This document shows positions 1 to 8,147 of a stretch of 37,514 bases of DNA, one piece after another. The notes beneath the pieces are model-generated. The model searched no databases, was not told the origin of the DNA, and saw only the letters and a program-made list of their open reading frames with translations. This DNA comes from Lysobacterales bacterium. Its GTDB lineage: Bacteria > Pseudomonadota > Gammaproteobacteria > Xanthomonadales > SZUA-5. The stretch is from NCBI GenBank assembly GCA_022844165.1, contig JALHMH010000043.1, forward strand, positions 1 to 37,514, read 5' to 3'. Numbering within the stretch: the stretch's first letter is position 1; each line of letters starts with the position of its first letter. Made by a program: the position numbers and the translations under genes.

Positions 1-540
1 CCCCCATTGAGCGCTGCGCGCTCAATCGCCCCCTTAATTTAAGGGGGCTTCAACAGCCAAAACCGCTCCGAAGAAATTTGACTCAACTAACAAGATCCAG
101 CTCCATCAAGGACTCTACCGAGGCTTCACCTCAGACCGACGAGCATTGCTGGCTTCGCCAGACACCGTACTTGCCACAACCCCCATTGAGCGCTGCGCGC
201 TCAATCGCCCCCTTAATTTGAGGGGGCTTCAACAGCCAAAACCGCTCCGAAGAAATTTGACTCAACTAACAAGATCCAGCTCCATCAAGGACTCTAGCGA
301 GGCTTCGCCTCAGACCGCCGAGCATTGCTGGCTTCGTCCGACAGCGCACTCGCCACAACCCCGCGCTCCGCATTTCCGGCCCGGCGGCAAAGCCGCCGGT
401 CGTTCGGATCGGCCCACGCCTATCGGCGTGTAAGCGCCGGTCCTCACCCCCGCTTGTACTCAAGGGGGCTTCAAAAGCCAAAGCCGCTTCGTCGAAAACT
501 TGACTCATTTGTCGTGAGGAGTCTCCGTCAAGGACTCTAG
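1..540 (+). repeat. Tandem array of repeat family R1: partial unit <1-118, 179-bp-period unit 115-297, expanded unit 294-540; probably continues left of the window
   Basis: 1-179 and 180-358 are near-identical (period 179). Units start CTAG/CTAC-CGAGGCTTC(G/A)CCTCAGACC and end CAAGGACTCTA(G/C). Junctions at 115-118, 294-297 and 537-540. Confidence 0.95.
375..449 (+). other. Structured ~75-nt module X, copy A, nested in R1
   Basis: TCCGGCC-CGGCGGC/GCCGCCG-GTCGTTC-GGATCGGC..CACGCC/GGCGTG-TAAGC-GCCGGTCC-TCACCC; same architecture as 5025-5099 and 5393-5466. Confidence 0.85.
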
Positions 541-610
541 CTTGCTCCGCGTTCCTCAGGCAGAATCCGCGGCCTTGCGCTACTGCGCATCTTTAACGAA
601 TTACGAGCGA

Positions 611-829
611 ATGTCGAAAGAAGACCATATCGAAATGGAAGGCACGGTACTTGAGACCTTGCCGAACACTATGTTTCGTGTGCAATTGGAAAACGGCCAC
701 GTCATTACTGCGCACATTTCCGGACGTATGCGCAAGAACTACATCCGCATCCTGACGGGCGACAAAGTCAAAGTCGAAATGACGCCCTACGACCTGAGCA
801 AGGGTCGAATTACGTTCCGCCAGAAATAG
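611..829 (+). CDS. infA: Translation initiation factor IF-1
   Basis: [53 protein letters not shown], 72 aa, classic IF-1; ATG at 611. Confidence 0.99.
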   Translation: MSKEDHIEMEGTVLETLPNTMFRVQLENGHVITAHISGRMRKNYIRILTGDKVKVEMTPYDLSKGRITFRQK

Positions 830-868
830 CGTTGTTGGTTGCCCGAACCCAGCAGCCGTTCGATCGTT

Positions 869-1825
869 TTATTCCACGATTGTCAGACCGCCCAACACGG
901 CACCTTCTGTCGGTGTGATTCTTTTGTCGTTGTCGGTGAACTGAAATGGCACCGATACCAGTGCGCCGCCGGCGTTGCGCTGCACGACGAAATGCAAATG
1001 TGGGCCAGACGAGAAACCCGTGTTGCCGCTATCGGCAATGTGTTGCCCTGTACGCACACTGTCGCCTACGCCGACCAGAGCGCTTTCGAGTTCCAGATGC
1101 GCATACACGGCCATAGTGCCGTCGTCGTGCACAATGCGAATGTGATTGGCCCGGTCGCCCAGGCGCCGTAAGTCGGTGCCGGATTCATGGAAATCTCGCT
1201 CGACACTCATGACAACGCCGCCTCGCGCAGCAAGGATCGGCGTACCGATGTCGAGCGCGAAATCGACGGCATGATAATTCTCGGCCGCGGTGTGGCTGAA
1301 TTTCCCGCCAAAGGCCTGATGGATCGTGCTGCTGCCCCTGAATGGCAAGCGATAGACCGACTGATCGTTGTGCCTGGCGCCCGGGTTTCCGGGCACATAA
1401 CGATATTGAAACTGGTAGCTCCAACCCAGGCTCGGATCCAGCGGTTGAACCGTAAGTACGGGCGTTGTCTGTTCTCCCCCAATGACCACGGATGCCGGCA
1501 GGGGCGGTTCGCTGATCACGTTGTGCTGAGATTCGAAGCTGATCAGTACCTCGACGGGTCCGCCATAACCATTCCACAGGCTGTAGCGGCGATCGTCTTT
1601 GGGGCCGCTCTCGCGCAACTTGAGGCGTTGCGCAGGATCGACATCGACGAGCTGCTCTTTCACCGGCGCTGTTGTGCCCTCCGGTTTGCTGTCGCTGAAA
1701 TGCACCACGCCGTTTTCGTCGGTGTAACTGTAGATGCGTTTTGCCTCCGCAGACGCGCTGACGAGCGCCAGCACACATGCTGCGATAGAGGAAATTTTTG
1801 CTGCGCAACACATCTGGGCTGACAT
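869..1825 (-). CDS. M23 family metallopeptidase with N-terminal DUF4124-like domain
   Basis: Signal-like N-terminus; IYSYTDENGVVHFSD (DUF4124-like); M23 motifs HAVDF, YAHL and GPHLHF. Start (1825 vs 1813) uncertain. Confidence 0.88.
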   Translation of the reverse strand: MSAQMCCAAKISSIAACVLALVSASAEAKRIYSYTDENGVVHFSDSKPEGTTAPVKEQLVDVDPAQRLKLRESGPKDDRRYSLWNGYGGPVEVLISFESQHNVISEPPLPASVVIGGEQTTPVLTVQPLDPSLGWSYQFQYRYVPGNPGARHNDQSVYRLPFRGSSTIHQAFGGKFSHTAAENYHAVDFALDIGTPILAARGGVVMSVERDFHESGTDLRRLGDRANHIRIVHDDGTMAVYAHLELESALVGVGDSVRTGQHIADSGNTGFSSGPHLHFVVQRNAGGALVSVPFQFTDNDKRITPTEGAVLGGLTIVE

Positions 1826-1839
1826 AAGCCGAATCCGCC

Positions 1840-2964
1840 TCACTGAGTGCCTGCCAAGGCTGTCGGCACATTCTCGCATTGCGCGCCGCGCGCCGCTGGC
1901 GCATTCGTTAATTTCAGCGCAATCTCATCGACCATGGCGGCTGCGAGCGCTTGTTGGCCCGTTTCGGACAGATGTACAAAATCGAAGAACACTGCAGACG
2001 ACGTGACGAACGACACAGCAATGTCTGGCGCTAAACGCGAAACGGCCTTGGTTGCTGCGCGCTGCAATAGAACGTGATCGCGTTCGCTGGCCTCGACGAT
2101 AGCGGTTTCATCGGCTTGCGCAATGCTCAAATCGAAGACCGTCGGTTGCCAACGATGTACGGTCGGGATCGTGCCAGCGATGGCCCGGGCTTGTGCCACG
2201 CTCGCCAGATACTGTTGGGCAATACTGTGCGCCAGCGTTTGGCGCGAGGTATCGTCGAGTGTAGTCGGCGAACGTTGTATCAAGCGCGCAACGCCCTCAA
2301 AACGGGCAGCGATTGCCGCCAGCAATCTCGGCGCCTGACGGGAGCTTAGAAACTCCAGTTCACGTGTTGCTTCGTTTTGCGGGATTCCTGCCACGCCGCG
2401 CTGGTAGGCAGCGAATACGTCATTGGCGCCGTCGACAAATACACTGAGCGATGGGGATGCGCCGCAGCGCAAGGCGAGTTGGAATGCCTGCAGACTTTGA
2501 TGGCTGACATAGCCGGACTCGGCGAAGTTCAGGACCTCAGATCGCAGTCCGCGTTGCATCAACGCGTCTTGCAGTGCCGCCGCCAACGTACCGTTCTGGC
2601 GGTTGCCGGTGCCCCAGGCTGTGGAGCCGCCGAATAACCAGATCGTATGCGTCGCGCGGTCCAGAGCGGGCGTGACGCGAAAGCCGTGCGCATCGACCTC
2701 AATCAACTCGCCATCGTAGGGTTTGCGCCGCCAATAGACATAGGGCCGCCAGCGTGTATGCCGGGCCGCGTCATGCTCACGCCAATAGGCGTCGATCCAG
2801 TCCACTCCTGCCACCGCTGCCGCATGCGATCGATTCGGCATCGCTGCGTTACCGTAGGTTTCACGAGCGTTTTCCGGTAGCGCCGCGCGCAGCAGCTGTT
2901 CCACGATCAGGAGCAGCACGACGGCAATCCCGATCGACATCCAGAGCTGTGCCAGAAACTTCAT
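1840..2964 (-). CDS. SGNH/GDSL hydrolase family membrane-anchored protein
   Basis: N-terminal TM helix; SGNH blocks FGGSTAWG, ESGY, DGAND and DFVH. Confidence 0.8.
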   Translation of the reverse strand: MKFLAQLWMSIGIAVVLLLIVEQLLRAALPENARETYGNAAMPNRSHAAAVAGVDWIDAYWREHDAARHTRWRPYVYWRRKPYDGELIEVDAHGFRVTPALDRATHTIWLFGGSTAWGTGNRQNGTLAAALQDALMQRGLRSEVLNFAESGYVSHQSLQAFQLALRCGASPSLSVFVDGANDVFAAYQRGVAGIPQNEATRELEFLSSRQAPRLLAAIAARFEGVARLIQRSPTTLDDTSRQTLAHSIAQQYLASVAQARAIAGTIPTVHRWQPTVFDLSIAQADETAIVEASERDHVLLQRAATKAVSRLAPDIAVSFVTSSAVFFDFVHLSETGQQALAAAMVDEIALKLTNAPAARGAQCENVPTALAGTQ

Positions 2965-3165
2965 GGCCTTCAATGTTTGGGATCCCAACGTTGAACAGAT
3001 GCGCGTCGAACTTTATGAAACCGATCACGGAAGGCTGAATCTTTCGCACGAGGAGGCACGGACACAAAGACGCAAGAAACCGGGCGGCTTAGACATTCCG
3101 CTGCGTGGTTTTCTGCCTTCTTGCGAGATCAAGCTCAAAGATGCGCTCCGCGCGACCGGCGATAC

Positions 3166-4542
3166 TCAGCATTCGATCACATTCACAGCTAACCCACCGC
3201 GGCTGGTTTCCTTGTATTTGTCCTGCATATCGCGACCCGTGTCGCGCATGGTCTTGATGACTTTGTCGAGGGAGACGCGATGTTTGCCATCGCCGCGCAA
3301 TGCCATGCGCGAGGCGTTGATGGCTTTGACCGCTCCCATGGCATTACGTTCGATGCACGGGATTTGCACTAACCCGCCGATGGGATCGCACGTCAGGCCC
3401 AGATTGTGTTCCATGCCGATTTCGGCCGCATTCTCGACTTGCAGCACACTGCCGTCCAATGCGGCGGTCAGGCCGCCCGCGGCCATGGAGCATGCGACGC
3501 CGACCTCTCCCTGGCAGCCCACTTCCGCGCCCGAAATCGATGCATTCTCCTTGTACAAAATGCCAATCGCGCCTGCGGTCAGCATGAAGTCGAGCACGCC
3601 GTTGTCGTCAGCACCAGGGCAAAAGCGCGAGTAGTAATGCATGACCGCGGGCACGATGCCAGCGGCACCGTTGGTGGGTGCCGTGACGACGCGGCCGCCG
3701 GCAGCATTTTCCTCGTTGACCGCCAGTGCGTACAGATTGACCCAGTCCAGTATCGTTAGCGGATCGCGTAAATTGGCTTCAGGTCGGGCTGTTAACTCCC
3801 GATACATGGCAGGCGCGCGCCGCGCAACTTTCAGGCCACCTGGCAGCACGCCGTCCGCACGCAGGCCGCGCGTAACGCAATCCTGCATAGCTTGCCAGAT
3901 GCGCAACAGGCCCTCGCGAATTTCGCTATCGGTCCGCCACACGCGCTCGTTGGCGCGCATCACTTGAGCGATCGACAGTGTGTTCTCGGCGCATTGCTTC
4001 AACAGCTCATCGCCGGTCGAGAACGGGTAGGGTTGCGCGGTGGCATCGGGAACGATGCGATCTGCGGCGGCTTCGTCGTGGTTGACCACGAAACCGCCGC
4101 CGACCGAATAGTAGTCACGTGTCAGCAGCACAGTTTCATCCGTGCCGAAGGCTGTCATTCGCATGCCGTTGCTGTGGTACGGAAGCTTTTGGCGCTTGTT
4201 GAAGATCAGGTCGGTTTTTTCGTCGAATCGGATTGGGAAGCCAAGAACGGAAAGGCGTTTTTCCAGGCGAATGCGTTCAAGGTCGCGTGGAATCTGGTCT
4301 GGATCGATACGATCCGGTTCGTTCCCTTCGAAGCCCAGCAATACCGCCACATCGGTACCATGCCCCCGTCCGGTATGCGCCAGCGAACCGAAGAGCTCGC
4401 CTCGCAGCCTTGCGACATTGGCCAAAAGTCCGCGCTCCTGCAAGCGATGCACAAAACGACTGCCGGCGCGCATCGGACCTACTGTGTGTGAAGAGGAAGG
4501 TCCAATTCCAATTTTGAAGAGGTCAAAAACGCTGACTGCCAC
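3166..4542 (-). CDS. sdaA: L-serine ammonia-lyase, Fe-S dependent
   Basis: [51 protein letters not shown]; GTG start. Confidence 0.97.
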   Translation of the reverse strand: MAVSVFDLFKIGIGPSSSHTVGPMRAGSRFVHRLQERGLLANVARLRGELFGSLAHTGRGHGTDVAVLLGFEGNEPDRIDPDQIPRDLERIRLEKRLSVLGFPIRFDEKTDLIFNKRQKLPYHSNGMRMTAFGTDETVLLTRDYYSVGGGFVVNHDEAAADRIVPDATAQPYPFSTGDELLKQCAENTLSIAQVMRANERVWRTDSEIREGLLRIWQAMQDCVTRGLRADGVLPGGLKVARRAPAMYRELTARPEANLRDPLTILDWVNLYALAVNEENAAGGRVVTAPTNGAAGIVPAVMHYYSRFCPGADDNGVLDFMLTAGAIGILYKENASISGAEVGCQGEVGVACSMAAGGLTAALDGSVLQVENAAEIGMEHNLGLTCDPIGGLVQIPCIERNAMGAVKAINASRMALRGDGKHRVSLDKVIKTMRDTGRDMQDKYKETSRGGLAVNVIEC

Positions 4543-4665
4543 GGCGCGTACCCTTGAACGGCGAAGGGGGGATTATCCTGGATTCAATCGCCCGGCGCGC
4601 TGATGCGACTTGCCCTCAGACCCGATCGCCGCAATGATCGAGAGCCTGCCACGCCTCACGGCGAT

Positions 4666-4893
4666 ATGCTGACCCTCTATTTTCGAGAGTACTGTCATCT
4701 ATGCGAAGACGCCGAGGCAATGTTGGCCTCGCTGCGTATTGCGTATCGTCGTATCGACATTGATACCGACTTGGCGCTGACAGCCCGCTATGGGCTTCGG
4801 GTCCCCGTTTTGCGGCAGGAGAGCGGTAAAGAAATCGACGGCCCCTTCGATCCCGACTTAATCGCCGCATGGATTGCCGGTCCGGCGACATAG
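4666..4893 (+). CDS. Glutaredoxin-like protein (DUF836 family)
   Basis: MLTLYFREYCHLCEDA (CxxC) and YGLRVPVL, 75 aa. Confidence 0.88.
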   Translation: MLTLYFREYCHLCEDAEAMLASLRIAYRRIDIDTDLALTARYGLRVPVLRQESGKEIDGPFDPDLIAAWIAGPAT

Positions 4894-4985
4894 CTGCCGG
4901 TCGTTCGACCTGCCACAGCACCGGCCTTGCGACGTGAGCCGTTGGGCCGAATTGCCAGGCGCGGGAGATGTGGCACAGACGCTCT

Positions 4986-5307
4986 AGCCCGCATATTTCA
5001 TGAGAGAACGCGGAAGATCGCGAAGGGTGAGAAAGGGCAAGCTTGCATCGCATGCGATGCGCCCTCTCGAACGACTGGCGGCTGCGCCGCCAGGCCGGAC
5101 CTTTGCGCCGGAATCGAGGCGCGAGAAGGAGGAATGGTTGTTCCATTGCGATGACGAGCAACGAAGAGTCCGGCGCAAAGAACGAGCGAGGGCCGTGTTG
5201 GCGAGGAAATGGCAGCGGACAGCCTGTCATTCCAACCAATTCGAAGGTTCCGCGCCGTTACAACGAAATGAGGCCATTTCATCGCGGCCTCATGAAATAT
5301 GCGGGCT
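4986..5307. mobile_element. MITE-like non-autonomous element R2 (322 bp)
   Basis: Perfect 19-bp inverted repeats AGCCCGCATATTTCATGAG (4986-5004) / CTCATGAAATATGCGGGCT (5289-5307). CTAG (4984-4987) and CTGG (5306-5309) at the ends. Internal 12-bp stem 5101-5112/5169-5180. No credible ORF. Confidence 0.75.
5025..5099 (-). other. Structured module X, copy C, nested in R2
   Basis: Reverse complement reads TCCGGCC-TGGCGGC/GCCGCCA-GTCGTTC-GAGAGGGC-GCATCGC/GCGATGC-AAGC-TT-GCCCTTTC-TCACCC. Confidence 0.85.
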
Positions 5308-5530
5308 GGTGTTCCGCAATGACCTTGAACGATTTCCGCGTCTTTCGACCCCATGCAGCGTTGCTTCTCGTCGCCATAGAAGAGCTATGTCGTCCGGCCC
5401 GGCGGCGCAGCCGCCGGTCGTTCAAGTCGGCTCGCGGCATGCCGCGAAAGCCACCGACTTTCACCCTCGTCGCGCCTTGCCTGACGCCGATATCCATCGG
5501 AAATAGTGTTCAACTTAATGACGGAACACC
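5308..5530. mobile_element. MITE-like non-autonomous element R3 (~223 bp)
   Basis: Ends GGTGTTCCG-CAATGA (from 5308) and TTAATGACGGAACACC (5515-5530) form an imperfect inverted repeat with 9 perfect terminal bp; abuts R2 directly. Confidence 0.65.
5393..5466 (+). other. Structured module X, copy B, nested in R3
   Basis: TCCGGCC-CGGCGGC/GCCGCCG-GTCGTTC-AAGTCGG-CT-CGCGGC/GCCGCG-AAAGC-CA-CCGACTT-TCACCC. Confidence 0.85.
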
Positions 5531-5533
5531 ACA

Positions 5534-5555
5534 CTAGCGAGGCTTCGCCTCAGAC
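5534..5555 (+). repeat. 5' end fragment of repeat family R1
   Basis: CTAGCGAGGCTTCGCCTCAGAC is identical to 294-315. Confidence 0.85.
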
Positions 5556-5603
5556 TGTCTGACGCACGGCCTTGCGGCTTTTGAAGAAGCAGACGCAGCG
5601 TGA

Positions 5604-6179
5604 CTACGGCGCACATGTATGAAGCGCGTATCTGTAGTGCCCTGTGAGGGTATAGGCGCGAAGCACATCCTCCTCGCGCGCGCCAGCACCGACGTTGTGG
5701 ATGACCAGCGGTCGCTCACCATTGCGCCGATCCGAGACGACGCCAATGTGTGGCAGGTTGCCCGGCAGCATGAACGTTACCAGATCGCCTGGCTTGAACG
5801 CAGTGTCGTCGCCCGCAACACCCAAGGATTGCCCGTGTCGCTCGAAGAATCGCTGCAAATTTGGCACACGTCGATGGTCAATGTTGCGATCGGGGCTGCG
5901 CAGCCCCCAGTTTCTCGGATAGACCGAGAAGTGCGCGCGCATGTCTTCATGTACCAGGACCTGCAAGTCGATGTCGAGCTGACGATACGCGCGCACAATC
6001 ACATCCGTGCAGACGCCCCGAACCATCGGCACATCGCCCAGCGGATAGGAAAGTTGTTCGTAGCTGCCATCGTAGCGCAGCGTCACGCCGATCTGTTGCC
6101 GGGCCGCATCGACCAGGCACTGGCCGGCGACAGCTTCGGACATCAGAAAAACGCCGACAAGTCGTGTGAGAAGTCGCAT
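5604..6179 (-). CDS. DUF1287 (YijF-like) protein
   Basis: YDGSYEQLSYPLGDVP, GVCTDVIVRAYR, DRNIDHRRVPNL, PHIGVVSD; signal-like N-terminus. Confidence 0.9.
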   Translation of the reverse strand: MRLLTRLVGVFLMSEAVAGQCLVDAARQQIGVTLRYDGSYEQLSYPLGDVPMVRGVCTDVIVRAYRQLDIDLQVLVHEDMRAHFSVYPRNWGLRSPDRNIDHRRVPNLQRFFERHGQSLGVAGDDTAFKPGDLVTFMLPGNLPHIGVVSDRRNGERPLVIHNVGAGAREEDVLRAYTLTGHYRYALHTCAP

Positions 6180-6294
6180 CGCCAGCCCAGAGCAAGTGAT
6201 TGGTTCCTGACAATTGACCTTGGCGCAGGCGAATGGTTCGCCTGGCGCCTTTCAATCCGGCAGAATTGAACTTTCCGAACCGCAAAAGACCTCC

Positions 6295-7485
6295 ATGTCC
6301 GCAACTGCTTACGCACGTTTCCAATCTGAACTGGCCGCAATTGAGGACGACGGTTTGCTGAAGCGCGAACGGATCATCGCGACGCCGCAGGCGGCGCAGG
6401 TTACGTTGGCCGATGGCAGCACTGTACTGAACTTCTGTGCCAACAACTACCTGGGTCTGGCCGATCACCCGGCTGTGATTGCTGCCGCAAAGCAGGCTTT
6501 GGATTCGCATGGATTTGGTGTCGCTTCGGTGCGTTTCATCTGTGGTACTCAGGATCTGCACAAACAGCTCGAAGCCAAGATCGCCGAGTTCTTCCATACT
6601 GACGATGCGATTCTCTACGCCGCCTGTTTCGATGCCAATGGTGGTTTGTTCGAGCCGTTGTTGGGCAGCGAGGATGCGATCATCTCCGACGCGCTGAACC
6701 ATGCATCGATCATCGACGGCGTGCGTTTGTGCAAAGCACAGCGCTATCGATACGCCAATGGCGATATGGCCGATCTCGAGGTGCAGTTGCAGGCTGCGAG
6801 CGGCGCGCGCACGCGGCTGATTACCACCGATGGAGTGTTCAGCATGGATGGTGCCATCGCGCCGCTTAAAGAGATCTGCGAGCTGGCGCAGAAATACGAT
6901 GCGCTGGTGCACATTGATGAGTGTCACGCCAGCGGCTTTCTTGGACCGACCGGTCGAGGTACGGCCGAGTTGCACGGGGTGATGGATCGCATCGACATCT
7001 ACACCTCGACACTGGGTAAGGCGCTCGGCGGTGGCTTGGGCGGATTCACCACTGGCCGGCGCGAGATCATCGAACTGCTGCGGCAACGGTCGCGGCCTTA
7101 TTTGTTCTCCAACTCTCTACCGCCCGCGGTCGCCGCGGCGAGCTTGAAGGTGTTCGAGCTGCTCATGGGAGCAGATCGTTTGCGGCGAAAACTGGCGGAA
7201 AACACCGGTTACTTCCGCGCGCGCATGACGGCCGCCGGATTCGATCTGAAGCCTGGAGTGCATCCGATTACGCCGGTGATGCTGTATGACGCAAAGGTCG
7301 CGCAGGAATTTGCTTCGCGTTTGTTGCAGCATGGTGTTTATGTGATTGGGTTCTTTTTTCCAGTGGTGCCCAAGGGTCAGGCACGTATTCGTGTGCAGAT
7401 ATCGGCGGCGCATGAGCGCTCGCACCTCGATCGAGCAGTCGCCGCGTTCACAACGGTTGGGCGAGAATTGGGTGTTATCCACTGA
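6295..7485 (+). CDS. kbl: 2-amino-3-ketobutyrate CoA ligase (glycine C-acetyltransferase)
   Basis: [29 protein letters not shown] (PLP lysine), [11 protein letters not shown]; ATG at 6295. Confidence 0.96.
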   Translation: MSATAYARFQSELAAIEDDGLLKRERIIATPQAAQVTLADGSTVLNFCANNYLGLADHPAVIAAAKQALDSHGFGVASVRFICGTQDLHKQLEAKIAEFFHTDDAILYAACFDANGGLFEPLLGSEDAIISDALNHASIIDGVRLCKAQRYRYANGDMADLEVQLQAASGARTRLITTDGVFSMDGAIAPLKEICELAQKYDALVHIDECHASGFLGPTGRGTAELHGVMDRIDIYTSTLGKALGGGLGGFTTGRREIIELLRQRSRPYLFSNSLPPAVAAASLKVFELLMGADRLRRKLAENTGYFRARMTAAGFDLKPGVHPITPVMLYDAKVAQEFASRLLQHGVYVIGFFFPVVPKGQARIRVQISAAHERSHLDRAVAAFTTVGRELGVIH

Positions 7486-7572
7486 GTCGTCACTGGGCGG
7501 ACAACCGGCGCCGCGCCCAAAGAGACATCTCCTCGCTGTTACTTCTTCCGAACTCAAAGAGTGCTAATCGCC

Positions 7573-8025
7573 ATGTCCAGTCACCGCGCCACGATTCACT
7601 GGCAACACAGCAAAGGCAGTTTCCTCGATAAGTCGTTCTCCAGGGACCATCACTGGCACTTTAAGGGCAACCAGTCCTTGCTCGCATCGTCGGCGCCTGG
7701 ATTTTCTGGCAACGCCGATGCCGTCGATCCAGAGGATGCCTTCACCGCAAGTTTGAGCTCTTGCCATATGCTGACTTTCCTCGCCCTGGCATCGGTCAAG
7801 GGCTTCGAAGTTGCCGAGTACCGCGACGAGGCAGAGGGCATCCTCGACAAAAACGCCCAAGGCCGATTGTGTATGGTGAAAGCCACGCTGCGTCCCGCCG
7901 TTCGCTTCGTTGGGCGACAACCCACTCTGGATGAGTTTCAGGCACTTCACGACCGCGCGCACAAGGGCTGCTTTATCGCCAATTCCGTGCTCACGGAGGT
8001 TCTCGTCGAACCGAGGCTGCTTTAG
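7573..8025 (+). CDS. OsmC/Ohr family protein
   Basis: FSRDHHW, DPEDAFTASLSSCHMLTFL and AHKGCFIANSV (two conserved Cys). Confidence 0.9.
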   Translation: MSSHRATIHWQHSKGSFLDKSFSRDHHWHFKGNQSLLASSAPGFSGNADAVDPEDAFTASLSSCHMLTFLALASVKGFEVAEYRDEAEGILDKNAQGRLCMVKATLRPAVRFVGRQPTLDEFQALHDRAHKGCFIANSVLTEVLVEPRLL

Positions 8026-8147
8026 CCAAGCGACGCGAATCTCACATAAGAACTCGCGTGCAGCTGGCCTTGATGGCTGATCGGCGAGCTCGGGCTGACC
8101 TGCTGTTGCGCAAGTAAAGACTCCTTCCCCTGGACCGTATCCGATCG

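Noticed and set aside
375-449. Module X as a tRNA or known self-cleaving ribozyme
   Set aside because: Despite its length and a GTTC, it has no acceptor stem or cloverleaf, and no hammerhead CUGANGA/GAAA core or HDV nested pseudoknot is apparent by eye. An Rfam scan is still needed.
1-540. CRISPR array
   Set aside because: The unit is 179 bp or more, adjacent units are nearly identical throughout, there are no unique 30-40-nt spacers and no cas genes.
146-540. Short ORFs over the R1 repeats (146-433, 266-508, 325-540; also 9283-9667)
   Set aside because: They are translations of hairpin-rich repeats, frames are not preserved between copies, and no protein family is recognisable.
4616-5746. 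Many overlapping ORFs of 64-207 aa
   Set aside because: They lie in the R2/R3/X repeat stack; the recurring LMKYAG peptide is just the translated inverted repeat.
3166-7485. sdaA and kbl as a dedicated Ser/Thr catabolic operon
   Set aside because: They are on opposite strands, separated by unrelated genes and repeats, and tdh is not in the window.
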